This document shows positions 1 to 6,902 of a stretch of 33,307 nucleotides of DNA, one piece after another. Each line of letters starts with the position of its first letter. Position 1 is the first letter of the stretch. Source of the stretch: Thermodesulfobacteriota bacterium (GTDB taxonomy: Bacteria; Desulfobacterota_D; UBA1144; Nemesobacterales; N074bin48); contig JBFFSH010000024.1 in the NCBI GenBank assembly GCA_041572575.1, positions 1 through 33,307 of the forward strand, given 5' to 3'. The notes below the pieces were generated by a model. That model made no database searches and was not told the origin of the DNA. It saw nothing but the letters and a program-made list of their open reading frames with translations. The position numbers were made by a program, and so were the translations under genes.

Positions 1-1
1 T

Positions 2-790
2 AGAGCTATCGAAGCGGTTGAATTGATGAAAAGTCAAATTGATGATGTAACATTAAACCAACTTAACAATTTGCATGATTATATAGATACAAATAATTTG
101 CTTCAAAACTCTCTTCTTCTCGATAGTCATACATTAAAAAGCATAGAAGGTTATGCAATCAAAATACCTTTTGAAGATATAGAAAAATCACTTACAGAAT
201 ATAAAAGATTATCTATACATCTTGAAGACTTTAAATCTTACAGAAATCAACCCGATGAATATATTTTTAGAACTACAACTTCAGAGACTACTTCTATTGG
301 TAATATTCAATTAAAAACTGTTCTGCATACTCAGTTCCAAGTACAAGAATTAAAGCAAGATTTTAATGACTTTAAAAATGATATAAAGGAAGATTCCAAA
401 AAGAAAGATGAAATGCTAGAAGAGCTTCTAGAGTATTTTAAAAAAGGTGGTAATAGTGTCGTCAAAGTTAAAAAGGTTAAATATAATTCCAAGGATGCAG
501 AACTTATTATAGATGATAGAAAAGTTAATTTGAGAGCGGATTCAAACCAGCATTATATATGCAAAATTTTATTTTCTGATAACGAAAGTGTTAGAAAAAC
601 ATGGGAAATAGTCGATATTGTTGAGTCAATGGGTGAACATTATTCTAATCCCAAGTATTGGAAGAGCTCAATTTACCATTCTATTAGACATCTTAATGAA
701 AAGATACAAATTCAAACAGGCTTAAACAAGTTCATACTTTATGATAATAAAACAATTATTGTTAATCCTAAGTATTTAGACCTTACCTAA
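2..790 (+). CDS. Hypothetical protein, 5'-truncated by the window edge; C-terminus resembles an OmpR/PhoB-type winged-helix DNA-binding domain
   Basis: The frame is open from position 2 (RAIEAVELMKS...) to TAA at 790. The C-terminal ~100 aa (LIIDDRKVNL...ICKILF...IYHSIRHLNEKI...IIVNP) has a winged-helix-like pattern. Confidence 0.6.
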   Translation, partial: RAIEAVELMKSQIDDVTLNQLNNLHDYIDTNNLLQNSLLLDSHTLKSIEGYAIKIPFEDIEKSLTEYKRLSIHLEDFKSYRNQPDEYIFRTTTSETTSIGNIQLKTVLHTQFQVQELKQDFNDFKNDIKEDSKKKDEMLEELLEYFKKGGNSVVKVKKVKYNSKDAELIIDDRKVNLRADSNQHYICKILFSDNESVRKTWEIVDIVESMGEHYSNPKYWKSSIYHSIRHLNEKIQIQTGLNKFILYDNKTIIVNPKYLDLT

Positions 791-794
791 TATT

Positions 795-812
795 CTGCGC
801 AGACTTGCGCAA
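795..812. promoter_or_regulatory. Tandem TGCGCA palindromes 10 bp apart; putative protein-binding site
   Basis: CTGCGCAG (795-802) and TTGCGCAA (805-812) form a GC-rich patch in an AT-rich intergenic spacer. Confidence 0.35.
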
Positions 813-836
813 CACTCTATCTGGCAATCTTTGAGT

Positions 837-1019
837 ATGGATTCAGGGATTGACTTAACTACACAATCTGAACTAGAGAATGCTCTCAGAAATAAAGAGG
901 CTAAAAAGAGATTGTGCACATTTTTCGAGGTTTTAATGAAAATAAATAAGCGTGAAAAATTGGTGAAGATAGAAAATGAAGATAATAAGCGAGATACAGG
1001 TAATTCCAGTAAAAGCTAA
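837..1019 (+). CDS. Small hypothetical protein (~60 aa) of the element
   Basis: ATG at 837 (the track starts at TTG 831). It is co-oriented with the other element genes and overlaps the next gene by 44 nt. Confidence 0.55.
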   Translation: MDSGIDLTTQSELENALRNKEAKKRLCTFFEVLMKINKREKLVKIENEDNKRDTGNSSKS

Positions 1020-1233
1020 CAAGGGATTGATAGCTTTTTGCAGTTTTGTTCTTTATGAATCAATTTACTGTAGTTCTGTTGGAATCTATACAAGTCCTCA
1101 TGGCGGTTATCGTCTTGTATATCCAACCAAGACCGTAAACAAGTGAGACTTAAATATCTTTCATCCCATAAATAATAAACTGGGGAAATTAATTGAATAC
1201 GAGGTAACAAAGATAGTAAAGATAATATTCTAG
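976..1233 (+). pseudogene. SpoVG-like nucleic-acid-binding protein (85 codons) interrupted by an in-frame TGA at 1144-1146
   Basis: Manual translation gives MKIISEIQVIPVKANKGLIAFCSFVLYESIYCSSVGIYTSPHGGYRLVYPTKTVNK*DLNIFHPINNKLGKLIEYEVTKIVKIIF*. The SpoVG-like pattern (MKI.EI...L.AF.S....P......DIFHPIN) continues across the stop. Confidence 0.8.
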
Positions 1234-1259
1234 CAAACATAAAATTTAATGAAAATGTG

Positions 1260-2408
1260 ATGATCGATACAATTACTTTAAGACTTGATGAATCAGAATT
1301 TAGAATTACAGACCATAATAAGTTCAGTCCATGCACATATAACTTTTATTACCCTCCATACACAAGAATGGGAAGCAGAGGCTATCTGGATGCATATCAA
1401 AACCCTACAAGGAAAGAACTGCTCGTAGGTAAGTACAAGCCACAGCTAACACTAAGAAAAAAATGGCAAGGAAATGCGCCTGCAATATATTTATATATTC
1501 AATTTTCAGCACCAAAGATGTTGTATGGTAATAATTTTGATGAAATATCAGATTTAGATTTAGACAATATAATAATGGAGCTAAATTCATTATTAAATGA
1601 AATGGGAGTGAGATTAAGATTGTTCGATTTAAGATTTGCCAAGGTAACCAAGATTCATTATTCAAAAAACATTTTATTACCAGAATATGTTATTTCTAGC
1701 ATGGTGATAGGTGAAGTTAAAAAGTCTAATATCAGTTTGTTTTATGATATTTCGGAAAAGGATTACAGGAATGAAGGTCATAGCTTTCGCTTTCATACTA
1801 ATGAGTTTGAGTTAATTCTATACGATAAAATAAAAGATTTACAAAAATCTAGCAAGAGCGATAGAAAATCGATAGAAAAGGATAATGCAATCCAATTAAA
1901 TCTATTTGATAATATACCGATTCAAAAACCTTTCGATGTATTAAGAATAGAGCTTAGGTTAAATACTCCAGATAAAATTTATAGAGAAACTAGAATTGAT
2001 AAAAAATCACAAACTCTAGAGAAAATGTTTAATAGTGAGATTAGTATAAATCTCTTAAGTAATTGTTGGGGAAATATTATTAAGAACTACCATCTAATCA
2101 GTTGCGACATTGAAGATAAGGAAAATTTTCTAGCTGGATTCTTGATAAACAATCCAGATATTAAATTAACAAATGCCCTTGCTGTATATTCAGCACTTGA
2201 ATTTTTTAAAGACATTGGAGCTAGAAAATTCAGGAATTTAATAGAGGCTAGGTACACAAGAGATACTTGGTATGCCTTAAATAGAAGGATAAGAAACTAT
2301 AATATGAAAAGCAGTTTGCCAAACTATTTACAAGCCATAACAAATTATTTGGAATACTATGAACCTTTGCGCTTAGAAAGCTATAAGGAAATAATTGAAT
2401 CTTCATAG
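1260..2408 (+). CDS. Putative rolling-circle replication initiator, phage gpII/X or Rep_trans-like
   Basis: MIDTITL start, FSAPKMLYGNN, candidate catalytic tyrosine motif LYDK, and LRIELRL; located beside XRE and recombinase genes. Confidence 0.7.
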   Translation: MIDTITLRLDESEFRITDHNKFSPCTYNFYYPPYTRMGSRGYLDAYQNPTRKELLVGKYKPQLTLRKKWQGNAPAIYLYIQFSAPKMLYGNNFDEISDLDLDNIIMELNSLLNEMGVRLRLFDLRFAKVTKIHYSKNILLPEYVISSMVIGEVKKSNISLFYDISEKDYRNEGHSFRFHTNEFELILYDKIKDLQKSSKSDRKSIEKDNAIQLNLFDNIPIQKPFDVLRIELRLNTPDKIYRETRIDKKSQTLEKMFNSEISINLLSNCWGNIIKNYHLISCDIEDKENFLAGFLINNPDIKLTNALAVYSALEFFKDIGARKFRNLIEARYTRDTWYALNRRIRNYNMKSSLPNYLQAITNYLEYYEPLRLESYKEIIESS

Positions 2409-2433
2409 AAATAAGTTTATGATATTTCAATAT

Positions 2434-2646
2434 ATGGAAATCAAGATATCAGACATTCTGACAAGAATAAAGTTGATTAGAGAACAAAATGAGATTACTC
2501 AACGAGAGTTAAGCATTATGTCTGGTATAAGTTATTCCACATTGACAAAACTAGAAACAGGAATAATTAAAAACCCGTCATTTCTAGTGATTTTAAAAAT
2601 ATCAAGAGCTCTAGATATTAAATTGGATGATTTGTTGGTTGATTAA
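2434..2646 (+). CDS. XRE/Cro-C1 family helix-turn-helix regulator
   Basis: IKLIREQNEITQRELSIMSGISYSTLTKLETG...NPS...KISRALDI is a typical HTH_3 pattern. ATG 2434 is preferred to the track start at 2395, which overlaps the rep gene. Confidence 0.9.
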   Translation: MEIKISDILTRIKLIREQNEITQRELSIMSGISYSTLTKLETGIIKNPSFLVILKISRALDIKLDDLLVD

Positions 2647-2666
2647 ATTACAATTATAGAAAAGAC

Positions 2667-4127
2667 ATGAAAGCAATACTTTTAGCAAGAGCATCAACTG
2701 AAGAGCAAGATACCGAAGGTCAATTAATCAAACTTAAAGAATATGCAGATAGGTGTGGTTTTACATATTCCAAAGGAGATATATTTGATTTTCATGAATC
2801 AGCTTATAAACCTGAACGGAAAAAATTTGAACAAGTTATTGAAGGTCTAAAGAATAAGACTAATAGAACAGCTTTATGTTGTGATAAAATAGATAGGCTA
2901 GTTAGAAACTTTCTGATTTATCTACCTATTATTGATGAATTGCGTAAATCTGGGATTGTAGAGCTCCACTTTGCTTCTGATAACATAAAACTAGATAGTG
3001 ACTCCCCAGCTACTGATTTATTTAGGTTCAATATGGGTGTAGCTCTTGCTCAATATTATTCAGATTCAATCAGAGATAATGTAAAAAGATCAATCTATAA
3101 AAGAATTAAGTCTGGTCAAATACTTAGTAAAGCACCTTACGGGTATAAAAATATTACAAATGATGATGATTCAAAGACGATAATTCCAGACCCGTTTGAA
3201 TCTAATATAGTTCTTAAATTATATGAATTATACGCAACTGGTGCATACTCATTCAGAGAACTTAGATCAAAAATCAATAAAGATTTCAATGTTAAATTGG
3301 CTATGTCCACAATTGCGGATATTCTGGATAACAAATTTTATATTGGTATTGCTACATATAAAAAAGAAGGAACTGAGTATCCACATATCTATCCTACTAT
3401 TGTTCCAGAGAATATTTACAATGCAGTACAAGATTTAAAATTGTGTAGAGACCTTAAATCTACAACAAAATTCAAATATGCTGGAAAAATTTTTTATTAC
3501 AGAGGCTTAATTAAGTGTGCTGTTTGTGGTTATTCTTTATCACCAGAAGAGCATAGAGGTAAAAAATATTACTGTTGTACAGAGTATGGAGGTAAACATG
3601 ATGCTAAATATGTGAATGAAGATATTCTAACCGAAGAATTTTCAAATGTTTTTAAGCGTATTTCAGTTTCTGAGGAAACAGCTAAACAAATAATTAAAGA
3701 CCTTCATCAATTAAATGAAACAAATCTTGCAATATCACAAGAACTGATAAATAAACTTAGAAGAGATAAAGATGTAATACGAAATCGAAAATCAAAGTTA
3801 TATGATGACTACTGCGATGCAAGTATTACTAAGGAATTCTATGAAGTAAAACACAAACAATATGAAACCGATTTAAATAAGATTGAAGACAAATTAAGTA
3901 ATGTAGATGAAACTGATAAAAGCTTTTATATTACTGCTGGGTATATAGTTGAGCTTGCTAAGCATAGCAGAGAGTTATTCAGATGTTCGGAATATGAAGA
4001 AAGAAGGCTTTTAATCAAAACTGTACTTACGAACGCTACATGGAATGGCGAAAACCTAAGCTATACTTACTTAGAACCATTCAACCTACTAGCAGAAATG
4101 AACGAAAGTCTGGTATGGGGTGGATGA
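2667..4127 (+). CDS. Large serine recombinase (resolvase, recombinase, Zn-ribbon and coiled-coil regions)
   Basis: ARAS with catalytic Ser10, DKIDRLVRN, APYGY, LDNKFYIG, Zn ribbon KCAVCG...YYCC; 486 aa. Confidence 0.95.
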   Translation: MKAILLARASTEEQDTEGQLIKLKEYADRCGFTYSKGDIFDFHESAYKPERKKFEQVIEGLKNKTNRTALCCDKIDRLVRNFLIYLPIIDELRKSGIVELHFASDNIKLDSDSPATDLFRFNMGVALAQYYSDSIRDNVKRSIYKRIKSGQILSKAPYGYKNITNDDDSKTIIPDPFESNIVLKLYELYATGAYSFRELRSKINKDFNVKLAMSTIADILDNKFYIGIATYKKEGTEYPHIYPTIVPENIYNAVQDLKLCRDLKSTTKFKYAGKIFYYRGLIKCAVCGYSLSPEEHRGKKYYCCTEYGGKHDAKYVNEDILTEEFSNVFKRISVSEETAKQIIKDLHQLNETNLAISQELINKLRRDKDVIRNRKSKLYDDYCDASITKEFYEVKHKQYETDLNKIEDKLSNVDETDKSFYITAGYIVELAKHSRELFRCSEYEERRLLIKTVLTNATWNGENLSYTYLEPFNLLAEMNESLVWGG

Positions 4128-4194
4128 CCGGAATTGAACCGGCGACCTCCTGGGCCACAACCAGGTGCTCTAACCAAGCTGAGCTACACCCACC
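4116..4194 (-). tRNA. tRNA-His (GTG) with encoded G-1 and CCA
   Basis: The reverse complement folds as G-GTGGGTG TA GCTC AGCTTGGTTA GAGC A CCTGG TTGTGGC CCAGG AGGTC GCCGG TTCAATT CCGGT CATCCAC C CCA. The anticodon is at 4158-4156, and the G-1:C73 His identity pair is present. Confidence 0.98.
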
Positions 4195-4246
4195 ATACTA
4201 ATTAATAAGGATCGTTATTTTACATAATAAAAATAAAAATTACAGA

Positions 4247-4606
4247 CTATTTGTGTGCTTTATTAATATTTTCTAAATATTCCTTTAATGCTGCTGCATT
4301 ATTATACTTTGTTTCCTTTGCGCTGAACATAAGAGTAGTCTTTGAATTTGATATAATACTGAGGAAATGATCCAGATTAATACTATCAAGCTCACGAAAA
4401 TATCTTTTCTTAAATTCCACCCATTTATCCGGGGTGTGATTAAACCATTTTCTTAATTCATGAGAAGGTGCGATATCTTTTTCCCAGTGATCCACCCTGG
4501 CCTTGTCTTTAGATAATCCTCTGGGCCATAGCCTGTCTACAAGGATTCTTTTGCCGTCCTCTACCGATGGTTTATCATAAATTCTCTTGATTTTGATGTC
4601 GGACAT
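4247..4606 (-). CDS. DUF488 / YeaO family protein
   Basis: IKIKRIYD...RILVDRLWPRGLSK...WEKDIAPSHELRKWFNH...NNAAALKEYL; likely ATG at 4606. Confidence 0.92.
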   Translation of the reverse strand: MSDIKIKRIYDKPSVEDGKRILVDRLWPRGLSKDKARVDHWEKDIAPSHELRKWFNHTPDKWVEFKKRYFRELDSINLDHFLSIISNSKTTLMFSAKETKYNNAAALKEYLENINKAHK

Positions 4607-4665
4607 AACAAGCTGGATCAAATTAGTGTAATAATATCAGGGGAACAAAAACATAGATAAAAAGT

Positions 4666-5010
4666 TTATAGTTCTGCAGAATTTTTCATATAATATTTTA
4701 ATAGTTCTGCATTTGGTCTGTTAAACTTAATGCCCATCTTGGCCTGCTGATTAGGGTGTTCGGTAACCCATACTACTTTGCCTTCCACTGTAACAACTTC
4801 GTCCACTAACATGTTTTCCGAATCATATTTGGTAAGGTGAATATTAATACATATGGACGCGTCTACTGGAAGGGCAACATCGGAGAGAAGAGAAAGACCA
4901 TTTGGAGAGAGGTTATAGGTGTATCCGTCATTTATAGGATGGTTGGTCGAAAATGTGACTTTTTCATCTACTAAAATTCTTGGATGCTCTCTTCTTTCTT
5001 TATCAGACAT
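4666..5010 (-). CDS. Stand-alone PilZ domain protein (c-di-GMP receptor)
   Basis: RxxxR motif (RREHPR), D/NxSxxG motif (NLSPNG), and GKVVW...MGIKF. Confidence 0.9.
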   Translation of the reverse strand: MSDKERREHPRILVDEKVTFSTNHPINDGYTYNLSPNGLSLLSDVALPVDASICINIHLTKYDSENMLVDEVVTVEGKVVWVTEHPNQQAKMGIKFNRPNAELLKYYMKNSAEL

Positions 5011-5111
5011 AATGTACTCATTCTTCTAAAATGGTTACTTATTATAATACTTTATTGTGAATAATTCTATATGTTTAGTTAATAAATTGATGCAGGTTTG
5101 TAAGTCGTTTG

Positions 5112-6848
5112 TTATTTAATCGCAAACTGAAGCTCTATTTCGCCAAAATATGATAGATCATCCTCTTCAAATGCACTGCCGGGGAAAAATAGACCGCCTA
5201 TGAATGCTACCTTTACATATTCTGTGATACTTGCGCCGAGGATTAAATCAATCTCATGTCCTATGTCTCTGCTTTCACCCGTGGGATCAGGCTCAATATC
5301 AGGACTTACAAGCCTGTCTCTTTTCTCGACCTGGTAAAAATAATGATAAACAAGATCTAATGATTTTTTCTTATGAGGTTTAATTCCTATCCCAAGTGTA
5401 GTTATAAATAAATTAGAAAGCTCAGGGTCAAAAACCTCGCCATAGTATTTAAAGTTAGTAGATCCTTTAAATCTCGCATTATTATCTTCAAGCCCAGTTT
5501 GCCTGAAGTCTTTAGAGCCAAATGCTGAGGCAATGGTGAAATTTGGCCTAAGCGGAAGTTTGAATGATTTACTAAACCCTGCGTCAACTCCATAACCCTG
5601 TTTCCATTCCTTGTCTCTATTTCTACCAATAAAAACAGCATTATCAATCCAGATTTTATTCCTGTTGTTTAAAGGTCTGCCTCTCCATGAAGCGCCAAAG
5701 GTATATGTATCGTCTATTCCGTCTCTATCCTGTCTTACTACACCAAACAGTGCAAACATTTCTTTTTTATCATATTCATATTGGGAATAAAGAACATAAT
5801 TTACTGTTTTATCCCGATCGTCCTCTAAATCTATTAGTATCGAACTTACAGATAGCTCGGCACTAAATTTTCCTGGCTTATAATACACTCTAAATGCATC
5901 CAGGTTATCGTCGTATATCCACTCCCTGTCATCCTTAAACCTCTGCCTTCCTACCTGCAAATCAAAATGCTGTTCTGTAAAATCTCTCCAGTGAATATAT
6001 GCTCTGCGAAGCTCAACATCTGTTTTTTCCTCTCCGACATCAAATTCATCTTCAATTAATTGTAGGTCCGTAAATCTTCCTTCAGCATAAATATCGATGT
6101 TTGGTAGGGGGTTGATAAGCCCAGCAGCGCTTACCTGAGTTTCGAATCTTGATAGAGTATCTCCAATATTACTATCAAGATCTTCGCTGTTATTCCTGAT
6201 ATCAAATTTTAGATTAACTTTACCGCCCACTGATATTTTATCGCCAATCTTTATTGGGAGCGGGGGTTTTGCATCAGGGTCAAAAGGCTCGTCACCGTTC
6301 TCGCCATTGAATTGATTATTAAGTGTTTCTTCTCCAAAATCAGTTTGTGAAATGCCCGAAGCTTTAATATTGTCAGCGGAATCATTTTTATCATTGCTTG
6401 CTGCATACACTTTAGGCTTTCGGTTTTTATCACTATTATTTTCAAACGATATTTCCAGGCGGCTGGGTTTACTAAGACGCGTAATTTTCGGATCATGCCT
6501 CTCTGAAAGATCAAATACTACTCTTGCTGTATTGGTATTAAACTGTGCTGAGCGTATACGCTTTACTAATGAATCTGATGTGTCTAATGTATGAGGTATT
6601 TGTTTACCAAGTTTTGAATCTTTAAAATCGATATAAACCCTGTATGGCTCATTTTTGTTTTCGGGTACTTTACCAACATTGTAATTGGTGTTGCCTGATA
6701 AATATATAGTATAAATATTGCTCGTACTGTTCTGGGTATGATCTATCTTATTAATAATATTTGATTGCTCAATACCGAAAGCGTGGTTGTTAGATATCAG
6801 GATTAAGAATATGAAAACTATTTTTCTTAAATAATCGGGTATGTCCAT
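5112..6848 (-). CDS. AMIN domain fused to an alginate-export (AlgE-like) outer-membrane beta-barrel
   Basis: Signal peptide ending AFG. AMIN pattern PYRVYIDF...VKRIRSAQF...ARVVFDL. AlgE-like motifs GRQRF.DDREW.YDDNLDA, FRQTGLEDN, YYGEVFDPELSNL and IGHEIDL. Confidence 0.85.
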   Translation of the reverse strand: MDIPDYLRKIVFIFLILISNNHAFGIEQSNIINKIDHTQNSTSNIYTIYLSGNTNYNVGKVPENKNEPYRVYIDFKDSKLGKQIPHTLDTSDSLVKRIRSAQFNTNTARVVFDLSERHDPKITRLSKPSRLEISFENNSDKNRKPKVYAASNDKNDSADNIKASGISQTDFGEETLNNQFNGENGDEPFDPDAKPPLPIKIGDKISVGGKVNLKFDIRNNSEDLDSNIGDTLSRFETQVSAAGLINPLPNIDIYAEGRFTDLQLIEDEFDVGEEKTDVELRRAYIHWRDFTEQHFDLQVGRQRFKDDREWIYDDNLDAFRVYYKPGKFSAELSVSSILIDLEDDRDKTVNYVLYSQYEYDKKEMFALFGVVRQDRDGIDDTYTFGASWRGRPLNNRNKIWIDNAVFIGRNRDKEWKQGYGVDAGFSKSFKLPLRPNFTIASAFGSKDFRQTGLEDNNARFKGSTNFKYYGEVFDPELSNLFITTLGIGIKPHKKKSLDLVYHYFYQVEKRDRLVSPDIEPDPTGESRDIGHEIDLILGASITEYVKVAFIGGLFFPGSAFEEDDLSYFGEIELQFAIK

Positions 6849-6902
6849 TTTATTTTTTTTAATAGTAAATTATCAACCTCCCTGTACTTTACTGTTAGTG
6901 TT

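Larger units (their letters stand above)
1..4127. mobile_element. Integrative element (right part) inserted at the 3' end of tRNA-His; left boundary outside the window
   Basis: A large serine recombinase abuts and overlaps the tRNA 3' end. Rep-like and XRE genes are present. The segment is visibly more AT-rich and CTAG-rich than the rest of the window. Confidence 0.85.

Noticed and set aside
1144..1146. TGA as selenocysteine or as evidence of genetic code 4/25
   Set aside because: There is no redox-Cys context or obvious SECIS hairpin. Other element genes have no internal TGA, and TGA terminates genes in this window (4127, 17910, 23803).
1016..1336. 106-aa minus-strand ORF in the track
   Set aside because: It is antisense to the SpoVG-like and rep genes and has no recognisable motifs.
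6849..6884. GGAGG followed by a tiny ORF (TTG ATA ATT TAC TAT TAA) upstream of the porin gene, echoing the MMKFLY mini-ORF
   Set aside because: There is no spacing between the Shine-Dalgarno and the TTG, and such short ORFs are expected by chance in AT-rich DNA.
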